The translations under genes and the position numbers were made by a program. From Schmidtea polychroa (lineage: Eukaryota), in NCBI GenBank assembly GCA_044892525.1, contig CM097885.1, positions 235,602,001-235,666,000 on the forward strand: a DNA stretch of 64,000 nucleotides, read 5' to 3'. The notes beneath the pieces are model-generated. The model did not search any database. It was not told the DNA's origin and saw only the letters and a program-made list of their open reading frames with translations. Shown here in pieces: positions 44,951 through 60,936 of the stretch (positions are counted from its first letter, which is position 1; the number at the start of each line of letters is the position of its first letter).

Positions 44951-47900
44951 CTTCGTATGATTTATAATTTCCTAATAAACTCCTATATGCACTGCTAGCA
45001 ATTTCCTCGAAACAGATTATTAATTCCATACACACGATAATTGATTTTTGATTACGCCTAAGATTTATTTGCAAACCACAGCCTGTAACACAATATCATG
45101 ATTTTATAGGAGTCAATAATGCACAATTCGATCAAGCTCCAATCACGAGCACTCGATGTATAGAAGCGTGTCAATTAAAATCATTGTCAAGATGCGCACC
45201 AACCGAAATATATTTGTAAAAACTTATAGTTGCAAGTGTCTTGTCTTACCAGTGTATCTACATGCTCTTCGGGTGTACGATTTCGCCCGCCCTTCGTCTT
45301 TACTATCATCATAATTTGTAAATAATCACACCGACCGGTAACCGATCACAATCGAATGGGTACTGATTTGGGTTTTTATAATATAGACCTTAGTTTGCCT
45401 ATAATAAATGTGCGTATGAATTAGCAATGTGAGATTAAATTGGCAATTATATTATACAACAATAGGAAACAAAATCGATGTTAATAATATATATATTATA
45501 AACAAGCACACACAAACACGGCTCGCAAGACACATGCAACAGGATATTGATCCAACAAGGGTATTTAATCAGCTGAAATTTTCCAATTTAAAATTAACAA
45601 CAAAAATTGACGAGGATGTTTGTAACCTCATCAGAATCGCCTATTTCGTTTCGAGAATTTCGTAGCCAAATGTGTAAGCTTTTCATTTAAACTTGAGACA
45701 TTTTATAAAATCTATATGGAATGGCCATTGCTGACAACGAAAGAATCATCAAATCCATGGCGGATGGCCATAATTATCACGAATCAGGCCACATTCTCGG
45801 AATCCAACGGAATACAATAATCGGCACCATAAATAAAATTTACTAACATTTTTAGAATAGAAATTCCACTACAGTTGTTTAGGACGCTTGTGATATTTTA
45901 TTACAGACAAGGCAGACCAACATATAGAGTCAAGTCAATAACACTAAGACGAATAAATCAACACTACTTATACAACACACGAATTTATAATGGAATATTT
46001 CACGTATATATAAAAAAAAATTTTGAAATTACCACTATCCTGAGATTAATAACACCAAATAAAATTGATGGTTCTGACCAGTGGACATGATTTATTAATA
46101 CATTGATTATCCCATTACCGACTAACAATAATTATTTAAGTGCATATAAATTTATATACAAGTACAAAATGCTATAGTAACATAATTAATAATCATTTCC
46201 ATACCTGCAAATTTGACAATTTTCTGTTTTATTTTAACCAATTAAATCAAAAATAGAAAGCCATACATAATTTTATTAAAAACTGAATTTTAAAATACTT
46301 ATAAAACATACTTGATTTAATTAGTAAAGTCCATAAAATCAATAAAAATATATATAACCATTCCACCCATACTGTACTGAAAAATCGCTCAAAGTTTTAT
46401 TCGACATCGACAAAAACAACGAAACGAACCGAGAGAAAATCACCATGAATCGAAGAACTAATCAAATTTCCAGCATCATTTTCAAAAGTAAATATTCGAA
46501 TCATTATTCCAATTGATAGACATATTAACATCAATAAAAACAAATTCCATTTTCGTTTTGTAAATCTCATAAAATTTCAATTTCATCTGAACACTACAGC
46601 AAAAATCCAAATCCACAAGAAATGAAACCTAAAATCAAGAAATAAATAATTGTTACACATCGCGTTTCTGATTGGCTGACTTTCATAAACGTAAATCATC
46701 CATACCTGTACATTGCATCCAAATCTCGCACCAACTTTCGAGCACACATCACAACTGACACTCTCAAATCATTAGCGTTCACAACGCCATCTCCACTCAA
46801 CCATAAAACGTTTAAGTACCGTACCTACGTCAATCATTCTCCACTCACCCTCACCACCGATACACAATTTCCATACAATATTGCTCAAATGCGCGTCTGA
46901 ACACGCCCTTGAGTTGAATTGCGCGTTGCGCATCACTGCGTTTCCTCGTTGAAACCAGTTCAGAAAAAGTTAAAACTATGAAAATGGGTAAAATCTTGTC
47001 TGAACATGTCGGTGTCTCCAAAGTTGGTTATAATACCATGAAGCATGTGTAGACTTGTCAGATAGAATGCTTTGAATAATAGATCGGTAAATAGATCAAA
47101 AAGTTTTCGGAAAAACTGAATAGTTGAAAAGTAGTACAAATTGTGTATTCCATTTTCGTTTTGGGAGCAAAATTTTATCCGATGAATAATATTATTGTAA
47201 TCTGGCTCTATAATTGTGTAGTTAATGATTAATTCATTTTATGTGCAATAGCATTGATAACGTTAAATGAACACTATGGCCAGATTATTCAATTTGTATT
47301 TATTTGTTCGCACAGATGTTGGATGAATAAATATTTTTAAATAACTATTGCAGACCGAGTAGTGATTATTATTATTATTATCATTATTATATGAATGTTG
47401 ATTATAATAAGTTTAAATCAAATAAATATAAAGAAATAATAAACATAGCGCCAATTTGTAAATCATAACAAATTTTTCTTAAAACTGGTAAAATTTACTA
47501 TTAATTTTTTAGAAAATGATTATTATTATATTTTATTTTCATTTGTTGGAATCTTATTAATTTCAAATTAATATTGTCATTGCATTACATTTTGCTTCAA
47601 ATTTGTGTTCATTCTCCTATTCATTGTGTACGTTTTGTATTTTCAAGTAATCCCGGCTGAGCCCCCAAAAATCATGTTGGTTACTTAGGGGTGTGCCCTT
47701 TTTACAATTTAAAATACGTTAGGGGTAATCATAATCGTTCGACTCTTTCCTAAGCACCTCCATGACTATTGCAATTTAAACCATTTGTGTACCCATGGCG
47801 ACGACCATGTTGGTACTGTACACAAAGGTGAAAAAACAATGAGCAAGTGAGCTCTATTACTAAAACTACTCCCCATTGGATTTTCTTTTCGGGTTCTAGA

Positions 47901-49636
47901 CTGCCGATAGAAGGTCTTACGTCCTTATTCACTATATATGCTATTTTTGGATCGATGTTGGTCCTCAATTACGGGTATTTTTAATTGTTCTCTTATAAAA
48001 TTTTGTGCAGGAATCCGTCCTTATTTCCCAGCTAGTAATTATTGTTCTACACTTCCTACAATATTTAAATTATCCTTTGAAAAATTTGCGCAGGGATTGG
48101 CCCTTATTTTCAAGTTAATCCACACTTGCCATGATATTTAAATTGTTCTTCAAAGATTTTGAGCAGGGATCTGCCTGTGTTTCTAATCCTGAGCTGTCGG
48201 AAAAATTACATAAATCTAACTTTATCCATCTTCAACTGGTCTCAACTATTCCATCTTTACTCCTAACTCACTTATGTCTATAAAACATAAAGGTGACTAA
48301 GCCACCTACATTATCTAAATCTAAATAAAATCCTAAACGACCGAAAATGACATTACACTCCCAAATCATTCCTATCACTATCACTGTCCTCTAACTCGAT
48401 GGACTCAACCGGCGAAATATCTGCCGACCAACAGCACGTAGTGCCGCCCGTCCACAAACTTTTCCCCAGCCCAGACCATCGACACAATCAACAAATAATA
48501 TAATTGAATTCAATAAAACTATGAATTAGAATAAATGAATTTAAACCATTAAAAAGGATCACAAAAAAAATTGAACCGAGACATTTATTAATTAAATTTA
48601 TTAATTAAAATACTTCATAAAAATTACAGAAAACAATAACAAATAAATTACCACATCCACGTTGGCATAAAATCGAAACTGAGAGTTCTGCAAATTAAGT
48701 GGCTATGTTGAAAAAAGAGAGAGAGAGAGAGTTTTTCAATTGAATTTGTGATCAGTATTTATACTGATTTTGAATGCGTACTCTATCCAATCAGAGTGCG
48801 AGAATTATTGAATTGATTTTGCACACATGCATGAATGTGTGTAATTATTTATTTGTTTTAATTTCATAAATTTAATTAACTTCTTATTTAATTTTTATTA
48901 ATTTTAATTTTACAAATTTTATAATTTAACTAATTTGAGTTATATTAATTTTTATTAATTTAAACATTTTTATTCTTTAAATTTAATAAGTTAAATAACC
49001 ATTTAATTCTATAAACTTTACAATTTACATAATGCTAATTAATTTTATTATTTTTGACGATTTAATTTTTATATTATTTAAATAATTTTCAACTAATTCC
49101 ATTTTCTATTTTATTATTTTTCTATTTAAAATTTTTAAGTGTTGAATTTTCTGTTAAATTTATTTATCTCTTTATTCTATTATACGGGGTTTATTGATTC
49201 TTAATGTGTAATGTAGTTTATTTTATTTATTTTAAATTAAACCTTGGTCATAAATTTTTTCAACTTTGCGGTTTTTGTGTTAGGTATTTTCGATCGATTA
49301 AAACAAACTCTCAGTTCTCGTTTTCAACCCAACACATTTTACAATCGCGTTCAATCTGTTGCGCCAAGTAATTTAGGTCTGTGTTTACGTCTTCAACGTT
49401 TCCTATCTAAGCTGCGTGATTTTGACGGTTCACCGTTTATTTTTAAAAGAAATAATAACTCTTTAAAATTAATTTCAAACTTAACAATTGTATTATTCAT
49501 TTACTTAAATTATTTAAAATGAATATTATAAATTAAAAATTTTTGTTCTTGATAAACGTGACACTTGCAGCAAAGATTTATCGTGTATTTTACAAATTAT
49601 TTCTGTGAATTGATGCTGCTACCAGGAAATCATCGT

Positions 49637-49638
<2 letters not shown>

Positions 49639-49702
<64 letters not shown>
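49639..49702. repeat. (AAT)n microsatellite
   Basis: Direct reading. Confidence 0.95.
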
Positions 49703-49704
<2 letters not shown>

Positions 49705-50895
49705 TTGAATTATTGTATTATTTCCTAAATTTTAGATTAAATAGGCTCCCTTTCAGACTTCTTCATTTAAAAATATTAGTAAAACTCTTCACTATATATT
49801 AAATTATATTTAAATAGTTCATTTTGAATATTTAATAAAAAAATCAGTCATTTTATACGGGCTTACCTCAGAATAAAATTATAATAGACAAGTAATTTAT
49901 TAAAATTAATTTTTCCTCATTCTAATACAAATGTAAAAAGTATTTATCCACCTAAAGTATTTTTTTAAACTGTTTTTTTATCAAGATTGTGATTTATTGG
50001 GAAATCTCTAGGAAATTTCTATAAATTTTCTTCATACCCTATTAAACCCTATAGAAATTCATTCATTTGATTCGCTTTCTCCCAATACCAATCGGTAATT
50101 AGAATCCGGGCAATACAAGGTATTTAAGGAGTTATATTTACATCAATTATCTTTTTTGTAACTCAGCACTGGGTTATTTAAAAGAGTTAATTAAAATCTA
50201 TTTATTAATTTTTTTATTTTAAAACCGACTATACCTTCTATAGAATTAATATCGAAAGGTGGCCTTTCATGACATAATTATCTCAACAAACACCTGGAAA
50301 TATTCAATTGATTGATTCAATATTTTGGGTTTGCACATGTTCAATTATTTGAATATTAATTTTTAATTTTTCAATGTCATTAAAAATATAATTTTGAAAC
50401 ATTTAATAAAGGACAAACTTATTCCGAATTCAATAGAGCTATTAGTTTTTTTTAACAATTTGCAAATAATTTAAAAACAATGAATAAGAAAAGTATTTTT
50501 TGAAATTTAAGAACAATTATCAAATAGTAAAATATCAATAAATATTTATTTACCGGAAATTTATCGTTTTAAACATTTTTATTTTACTCATTATAAAATA
50601 TTTCTACAGAGACACTTTCATTCCCTTTATAAATAAAGATTCTTGTTGCAGGAAAATTCTCAGAATTTCGAAATTTTGTTCGTCAATGAAAGAATTTTAT
50701 TTAAAATTTCATATTAAAATAACTATTTTAAATTTCATAATTTTAAAGTTATAATTTTTGAAATTCAAAGATAAATTAGAACAATATTAAAATATTTAAA
50801 AATTTTAAAAGTTATCATTATTTAAAAAAAATTATTTCTCAGAATATTTGAAATTGAAATTGCTTTTATATTAAAATTTTGAAAGGACAACCATC

Positions 50896-51496
<601 letters not shown>

Positions 51497-52584
51497 TATT
51501 TAATAATGAACTTTGGTAAAAGAGCACTTTAATTTGGTCGTGTATGTTTTGATTGATGATGATTTGGAACAAACCAATGAACTAAAGAAATTAAAACTTT
51601 TGCAATTTCCAACCAGCTTTCGAAGAAAGATCAAACGCATGAAGATATCGATGATATTGAGGAACAAACGAGTGATAAAAATGTAAATGTTAAAGCATTG
51701 AACTAAACATTAGAAAAAATTGTTTTTATCAAAATTTTGATCACCTCAATTTTCGCTGCAAATTTCGACTAATTTTTGAAATGTTTCATTTTTCTTGAAA
51801 ATCTTATCAAGTAATTTCAAATAATGGCGGATTTAATTTAGAAATTTATTAATTGATTTAATGAAGAATAATTCAACTTGATTTTATCGCCAGTTTCAAT
51901 AAAATAATAAAATATTTCAAAAGGATCATTTTAAGAGCTCGTCAAATAAAATTTATGATTATTGCTGCCATTTCAATCGGTTATAAAAATAATGTCTTTT
52001 CACTTGGCAAAGAAATTTATTGAATTTAGTTATTTATTTTAATTTTATTAATTACTGAAAAATACACAATAAAATAATTTTCGAATTTGAAACCAGAATA
52101 TCTTTATTAAAATACAAAATTTTAAAAAAATATTATAAAAGGCAGTGCCGAAAATTCATGAGTATTGTTAGACGCAATTAAATTCAAGTCTTCTTCAAGC
52201 ATTTATTTTTATAACAACTTCAAAATTGTGCCGTTTATTTAAACACCGAGGCGTGATAATTATTAATATTAATGTAATTACTGGTCATACATTTAATTGA
52301 TTTAATTTAATATAATTTAATATAATATGATATAATTTAATATAATTTAATATAATATGATATAATTTAATATAGAATTTAAATATAAAAATTTAACAGA
52401 AATAATTATTTCTACTAACTGATCTCACTTCTACCATTTAACCATAATAATCTTATACAGAGATTTACTAACTCCTTACAAGTATCAACAAACATCGATA
52501 TATTACTGATTTATAGTCTTCAAGCTCTCTTTTTAATAAATTCAATGGAAGAAATAATCAGTGGTGAAATTGGAGGAAAGGTTC

Positions 52585-52655
<71 letters not shown>

Positions 52656-53374
52656 ATGTCCCAGATATATTTTTGTTAAAAAGCATAAGTATTTGTAATT
52701 TATTTTACTTAAAAAGTTTCTAGAAGTAATAGTTGCTAACTATTTAGAAGATAAATCTAGGAGTTTGACCCATAGTGGATGTTACCATTTGGTCACGTTG
52801 GGGACTTAAAGAAGACGTACTTTTTAAGCTTTTGAGTTTTGTTTTAATTCTGAATTATAATAAATTCGATTCAAAGTATGTCTTTTTTACACTTTGCAAA
52901 TAAAAACTTTCAATTTGTCAAAAATTATTTTGGATTTATTCATGTTTTCAAATGATATATCTAGTTTTATAATAGTCGTTTCTGGAATAAAATTTATTAA
53001 TTTATTAAATATTCTGCGAATTTTCGAACTCTGACTATTTATTATTTGAATATTCTATCTATTTTATTAAAGAGAATTTATCAAATAGTTAGTAAATGAA
53101 TGGGGGTACGATTCTGCATTTGACTATGATGACAACAACAATAATAAAAATTAACACATTTTATACTGGAAATACAAATAATCACAATAAAATAAAGACT
53201 GAAAAATTTTTTTTAAATAATAATATTATTTTTAACATAATTACTATATTATAAGGACTTTTCAAATTTCATCTTTGATTTCTTTTCCATTGTGTTTATT
53301 AAAAAGCTTGAAGACTATGAGTCAGTAAATATATCGATGTTTTTGATATTCACGAATTTTAGGCAATGCCTCAA

Positions 53375-53411
53375 ATTCACTTGAAAAAGGCAGTGCCGAA
53401 AATTCGTGAAT
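53375..53411 (+). ncRNA. Minimal hammerhead ribozyme variant with a U3-A8 core
   Basis: ATTCAC-TTGAAAA-A-GGC-agt-GCC-GAAA-AT-TC-GTGAAT with a 6-bp helix I; a second intact core lies on the minus strand at ~51235-51267. Confidence 0.65.
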
Positions 53412-55965
53412 ATCAAAAACATCGATATATTTACTGATTCATAGTCTTCAAGCTTTTTAATTAATTACTATAGTAACAAAATAAGAAAATATTTTCCCCA
53501 ATAATTTTTTTATTATAAACTTGTAGAAAATTTTAATTTTATTTATATTAAACTTTACAAGTTACGCATTTTATTCAGGACAAAACAATAAGAAATATAC
53601 AATAAAAAATAGGAATTAGACAAATGACGGTAGAATAGCAGAGCAACTGAGGATTAAGTTAAGAGGAGATTTTAAGAATTTTTGAAGGTTTTCAATTAAG
53701 AGATTTAAGCAAAAAACTAACCGATTATAAAAGTAAAAAAAATTACATGCATATTATCCCATTTTTCGATTCTTTATAATTCATATCAGTGCCGGTCTTA
53801 GGGGTTATGTCACATCGATGCAAGAATTGTTTCGGCGGCTTTAATGAATTCATTGACACAATATATTTTCATTAGAGACTATAAAACAGGTAATAAGAAA
53901 ATACTTGAGTGCTTATAAGTATTGTTATAATCTATTAAATTTTATTTTTAAGTATAAATTTTACACATAATATATACTTATAGCAGTTATATTAAAATTT
54001 AAATAATAAAGCGCAATATTGATGAATTAATTTTTTTGTTTATATATAAAAACATTTTCATTAATAAAGTGTTCCGCAAGGTAATTTCGGTCCCCGTCGT
54101 GTTTAGCTATCCGATGAGACGCATCCTCTGCCATCCGCCAACTGATTAAAATTTTGGATTATTCGATAAAATACTAATATATTTGTTATTACATACTGAT
54201 GCTTAATTTTGATTGCTGACCTTTATTTAAAATACTGACCCAAAATGTGTAAAATTCTGACTCCACTCGATCAATCAAACAATATTATAGATATTTTTAT
54301 TAGAATTTCTGAAGCTCGATCCGTAATCGAACCTCCCCTCTTCTCTCTATAGAAATAAAACTATGAAAATAAATAATTCCAATTTAAAAACGCCCAATTA
54401 ATTCATTTCAGTCAATTCAATGAGAATATAATAATATAAACCACAATATAATCAAATTGACTTTATATTTAACCCTGTCAGCATTTGTTAATCATCGAAA
54501 TTTAGTGAATAGTGAGTTGCTGTGTCGATTGTCTTTTTTTCCCAAAGTAGCTCTACATTAGTCATCGGGATACCGTAAAAAGCTACGTGAATATTTACTA
54601 GCTTGCAATCCCATATCGGACTTGTATAGAAAAATGACAATGGATGCCAGTTGTTCTGATGATAGTAAGGGAAAAGCGAAAAAAAAGCTTGCTGTCTAAA
54701 TTCGCAAATAATACATTAACATAACCGAGATCCCATTAACTCTTACTAAGTCCCCATTTAAATGGGAAAACAATGAAAACTGGAACGAATCGATTGTAAC
54801 ATATGCCTAGCTGTCTCAATAGCTCGTCTTGATATATACCAATTGATGTTGGGCTCCTGTTAGGATTATTTCCAAACGAGCACGACAATAGACAGTCACA
54901 GTTTGTATATTAATAATGAATGTCCCCGGTCGTCCGTCTATCTGTGGTGTATCTCACTGTGTTGTACTTGCTGCTGGGCTGGGTGATAAATTCCTCGCTT
55001 GCCTGAATTTAAGCCCATAAATGGGTGCTGACTGTGTGCTGGAAACTTGACTTTTTCCCCGAACAAAAGATTGGCGAGTACTTTTGAAATTGTTTCCCGA
55101 TGTTTGTGTGTACGAAAATTAAAACAAATTATCGAATTAATAGAGATATGACCCCGAGCTATTTGTTGCATGCTTGCTCGGTTTGAGTGTGTGTGTGTAT
55201 GTTCATGTGTATGTGTGTATGCATGTTCGTTAGTCATGCTTGAATAGGTCGATATCAAGATTGAAAAAAATATATTAGAGGAACCATTACTCTGAGAATT
55301 ACTAACATAATTAACTAATCGATTTGGAATTTTAATTAATTATTAAAATAGAAATTATTGAACGAATTTATTTTTCAAGGTATATTTCGTTAAATATTAT
55401 CCACTTTTAATTGGTTTTAGTTTTGACTTTTCAACTATTTTTAGAATTGAAATTGTCAATGTTCATAAACGTAAAAGGATTCATTAAAACAATAAAAATT
55501 AAAATTAAAATTTGTTAATTTTTAATCATGAAAAGAAAATTTTAAAATGAAAATTAATCCTTTTCTAGAGATTATAAAGATTTATGTTTTAGATTTTTCA
55601 AATATACAAAATTAATTTATTAATCCTTTGAAAAATACTTTTTAAAACTAAAATTCTCAAACAGTTGAATTATAATAATAATGATAAATAGATGAAAGTG
55701 TCACCGCTGGACCAATCCCTCTTAGAAAATATCTAGGCTAACTCGGAATTTTATGCAGGTCACGAAAATACATTTTCGAAGTGTTTTAAGTTGATTAACA
55801 TACTTTTTTGCTATGCTGCTGTTCACTGTTGTTCAATGTTTCCCCCTGTGTTAAAGAATACGAATTTAATTCTATAATATTAGTTTATCTATGTTTGATA
55901 ATATATATATGTTGTTATCTTATGGCGTTTGATGATGATGTTATTATATATATTATCTCACTTTC

Positions 55966-56144
<179 letters not shown>

Positions 56145-57162
56145 TGCTTATTGAAACAAGTTTTAGAAAACTAACGTGAAAAAATTATGTTTATAAAACT
56201 TTTTTAAAAATAAACTTCATTGTTTAAACTTTAAACATATGTTTATTTCAAAATCGTGAAATGGTGGAGAACAGCCTTCAATATCTTCGTATCAAAAGGT
56301 CATTTCACCCGATAATAAAGTTAAGGTTACTTTCCGAGAATTTTTCATTGTTTAAATAAAGAAGTTTAATATTAATTAAATAATTCATTATTAAGTGCTA
56401 CTTTTATGAGATAAAAAAACTATTTCCGTTTCAAATAAATTTATTCATTTTGAAAATAATGCTAAAGAAAAAATGATGAATTTCTAGATTTGTCCAAAAT
56501 CTAGGCCAAATTTTGGTTTGGATATTTCCTTCATTTTCTATGAATATAGGCAGGTTTGTCAATGGTGCATTCAAATGTAATCTTAAAATTTTATTTATAT
56601 TACCAATTGTTTCAAGCACAAAAACGAAACACAATTTTACTTCAAACGAGAGCTCAGAAATAAATATTGGAAATAAATAATATACTCTCGGAGGATTTGT
56701 CTTTAAGCTTGGGGCCTCAACTTTAAGGAGTCTCCAACTTTTAATAAGATTATCAAGATGACTGTCGGTTTTTATTTCCTATTTACTTTGTTAATTGTTC
56801 GAAAGCGATTAGGAAATTTTCATCACTTACCAACTATAGAATCTACGATTTTAATGGTTCCTGGACGCCATGATGATGTATTTCCTAATTTGGAGGTAAA
56901 TTTCCTATTTTTTTAAACTTTTACTAATTGTTTAGGTGAATTAAAACAGTTTATTAAAACAAATTACAAATGAATATTGAATAACTATAGTTCAAAATAA
57001 GCTCACTTTTCTAACAATCCTTTTCAGGGAAAACGATAAACTTCTTAGGTTTTCCTTTGATAATACCATTTTTAACATTTTATCTGGAAATTTGCGTTGA
57101 CATTGTTCTTAAATTTACTTCATTTTCAATGTATACCATGTTTATATTAAATGCATTTATAT

Positions 57163-57462
57163 CAGCGCTTCTCAACCTTTCTGTTATTGCGACCCAATCT
57201 ACCAACGTAAATATTCTCGACCGCCCCCCCCCCTTTTTTGATCTATCGAAAATTATAGTGTCATAATGAAAACGGTCCGATATTCGTACATTTAATTTTA
57301 TTGGTAAAATGCGACTGTTTGCTATAACTATATATATATATATATATATATATTAATTATACAATTTCTTTTATTTAACCTTCAACAAAGTGTTAATTTT
57401 GTTTTTAAATATACTCGCGCCCACTTGTAGTAACGCCGCCCTCCACAGGTTGAGAATCGCTG
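57163..57462. mobile_element. hAT (Charlie-like) MITE, 300 bp
   Basis: TIR CAGCG(C/A)TTCTCAACCT; perfect 8-bp TSD ATTTATAT (57155-57162, 57463-57470). Confidence 0.92.
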
Positions 57463-57949
57463 ATTTATATGTTAATATTTTATATTATATTTTGTTTAAT
57501 CTAAAGTTAAAATCTAATCTAATCTAAAGTTAATCTAAGTTAAAAAATTTAATGAAGACTTTGGATGTGTTAACAACGCTTTTAAATAGACATATAAGTA
57601 TTTTTATAAATTACAAAATATTTGGAAAGTGGCCTCAATCTTTTGTTAGCTTAGGCCCTACAGAAAATAAATTCAACTATATTATCATTATCATTATTTT
57701 ACGTCGAGGTGCAACCATCATAGGATGGGTACTTATACTAGTATGAAAACAGATCTGAAATTTCGAAAAAAAATATTTAAACCTAATAAATAATTTATTA
57801 CAATAAATTTCAATTAATATTGTCAACAAATTTGATTATTTTTTACCTTTGATAAAAAATTGTTTATTTTTATTATAGTAGGTAGTTAGGAGCCCCCTGC
57901 TGCAACTTTTGATTACGCAATTGCTGCAACTCACATTTTTTGCTTTCAG

Positions 57950-60087
57950 GGATTTTTGGTCCAAATTTTTTTTTATCAGACTATAGTGAGGGGGTCTCGA
58001 TGGTCCTGGGATTTTCAATACAAAAAAAAATTTTTGCAATACAAAAAGCTGGTCAACACTAAAAAAGCATGGTAATTTAAGGTCTCAAGATATTTTCAAT
58101 ACAAAAAGCTGGTCTACACTAAAAAAGCATGGTAATTTAAGGTCTCAAGATATTTTCAATACAAAATTCCGACTACCACTAAAAAAGCATGGTAATTTAA
58201 GGTCTCAGGATATTTTCAATACAAAAATCCGACTACCACTAAAAAAGCCAAGGATTTTTCAGACTATAGTGAGGGGGTCTCAATGGTCCTGGGATTTTCA
58301 ATACAAAAGCTGGTCTACACTAAAAAAGAGTGGTAATTTAAGGTCTCAGGATATTTTCAATACAAAAAGCTGGTCTTCAATAAAAAAGCATGGTAATTTA
58401 AGGTCTCAGGATATTTTCAATACAAATAGGTGGTCTACACTAAAAAGCCAAGAATTTTTCAGACTATAGTGAGTTGGGTCTCCTTGGTCCTGAGAAAAAG
58501 GTGATCTACACTAAAAAACGTGGTAAATTTTTCAATTAAAGTAAATTATGGTCCAAATTTTTGAATTACAGTAAATTATGGCTCAAATTTTTCAATTAAA
58601 GTAAATTATGGTTCTTAAAAATTAAATTACAGTAAATTATGGTCCAAATTTTTCAATTAAAGTAAATAATGGTCCTAAAAAATTAAATTAAAGTAAATTA
58701 TGGTCAAAATAAGTAAATTAAGGTTCATATTTTCGAAATAAAGTAATTAATGGGCTTAGATTTTTCAATTTAAGTAAATAATGGTCCAAATTTTTAAATT
58801 AAAGTAATGAATGGGCTCAAATAACTAAATTAAGGTTCTAAAAAATTAAATTAAAGTTAATTAAGGTCCAAATTTTAAAATTAAGTAATCAATGGTCAAA
58901 AATTTTAAATTAAAGTTAAATAAGTAAATTAAAGTAATAATTTTTAAATAAGTAATGTAATAAGTAAATTAAAGTAAGATTTTAAAATTTATTAACAAAA
59001 AATTGAAATAATAGAAGGTGTTTGAGAATTGAAATTTTTTAATGAAAATTTTTATGAAATAATTTTTTAAGTAATTTTTAATAGAAATTTTTATGGAATA
59101 ATTTTTTAAGTAATTTTTAATGGAAATTTTTATGAAATAATTTTTTAAGTTAATTTTTAATGGAAATTTTTATGAAATATTTTTCAATGATAATTTTAGA
59201 TGGAAATTTTTAAGATAATTTTTAATGGAAATTTTTATGAAATATTTTTCAAAGACAAATTTTAATAATAATTCAACAACAAACCAACAACTTAGTACTA
59301 ACAACCAAATACCTACAACTAGTTACTAACAACCAGTTACCTGCTACCAAGTACCAACATCAACCAGATACCTACAACTAGTTACTAATAACCAGTTACC
59401 TGCTACCAAGTACTTAAAACTAGTTACTAACAACCAGTTACCTACAACCAAATACTAACAACTAGATACCAAGTACCTACAACCACCTACACATTAACTA
59501 GCTACAACCAGCAAACAACTAGCTACCACTTACCAAGTACATACAACCACCTACCAAGTACTAACAACCAGCTAACAACCACCTACCCATTAACTAGTTA
59601 CTAACAACTAACTACCACTACCAAATACCAACATCAACCAGGTACTAACCATTAATTACCTACAACCAACTAGCTACCACCTACCAAGTACTAACAACCG
59701 ACAACAACCAGTTACTAAGCATTATTAACCAACTACCAAGTACCTACAACTAGATACTAACAACCAAAAACAACCAACCAACTAGGTACCAGATACCAAG
59801 TACATACAACTAGTTACTAACAACCAGTTACGTGCTACTAAGTACCTTCAACCAACTATGTACTCACAACCGTCAACAACCAGGTACTAAACATTATCAA
59901 CCACATACCTACAACTAGTTACTAACTACCTGTTACCAAGTACTTTCAACCAGTTACCTGCTACCTAGTACTTACAACTAGTTACTAACAACCAGTTACC
60001 TGCTACCAAGTACCTACAACCACCTACCCATTAACTAGTTACAACCAGCTAACAACCAGTTACCAGATACCAAGTACTCACAACCAA
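57950..60087. repeat. Composite satellite: 60-bp units, two ~30-bp AT-rich arrays, then an A/C-rich array
   Basis: AATACAAAAAGCTGGTCTACACTAAAAAAGCATGG.. (57950-58520); AAAGTAAATTATGGTCC.. (58525-58990); AATGGAAATTTTTATGAAAT.. (59035-59260); CAACTAGTTACTAACAACCAG.. (59270-60087). Confidence 0.9.
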
Positions 60088-60733
60088 TGTAATGTACAGC
60101 TATTTTTGTTAATATTTTAGTGTTCACAATTAGGAATTGTGAATACTAAAATATAAAATGCCACCATCTGGGAAATCCAGATTTAAAAAAAAAATATATA
60201 TAGCGATAATTTACTATAGTAAAAAAATCGATAAAAAATTTTGAATAAACGAAGATTAGAGTTAAACTGAAAATTATCCCAGTTTTTGATCAAAGTTCTT
60301 TATTGTCAATTGGATTAATCCCGAAATTAAATCGAAGATCATTCCTGTCTTTGACCAAACCAGGAGCAAACCACTTACATTTCCATTATTCTAGTTTTGA
60401 AATAAAGCACATATTTGCCGTTGTTACAATCTGATTATCAACATTTCCTATTGCCAATTGGATTGATCTCGGAGTATCAGAATCGTACTAGAGTTTGTAG
60501 AAAGTATTATTTATTATTTTAGTTAATAAAGTTTATAATTTATTCTTGTTGAATATTAATTTTGTTTTTTATTTATTATTGTTATATCACGTAACACAAC
60601 CTGCACCCCGATTGTCCCGCCACAAGTTTTAACGGAGACTCTTTCGGGCCCATCAATTTTCTTAGCAAATAACAGCCTCCAATCATAACAAATTCATATC
60701 ACAAATATAATAATCTAAAACAATAATATAACA
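60088..60733 (+). repeat. 5' LTR of a Ty3/Gypsy element (646 bp)
   Basis: Begins TGTAATGT where the satellite abruptly stops, ends ATATAACA, and is followed 2 nt later by a PBS. The partner LTR is outside the window. Confidence 0.75.
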
Positions 60734-60735
60734 AT

Positions 60736-60747
60736 TGGTGTCAGAAG
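60736..60747 (+). promoter_or_regulatory. Primer binding site complementary to the tRNA-Leu 3' end
   Basis: TGGTGTCAGAAG. Confidence 0.75.
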
Positions 60748-60936
60748 AAAAAAATATACACAACACGACACTCGCATTTGACGATTTTTTTTTAATCACT
60801 ACGCCTTTCAGCATACTTATTATAGAAGTATAAAGGATAGTGACTCTTTTGGCTGAACACAGTAAGCCATATCCTTGAACAATCTCATTTTTTGTAACAC
60901 AACAAGCAATAAAAAAAAACATCAACAAACCAATTA

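Noticed and set aside
45608..45640. Minus-strand CTGATGAG as a hammerhead core
   Set aside because: No GAAA after a helix II; it forms a simple hairpin instead.
58269..58469. 66-aa repetitive ORF
   Set aside because: Translation of the 60-bp satellite.
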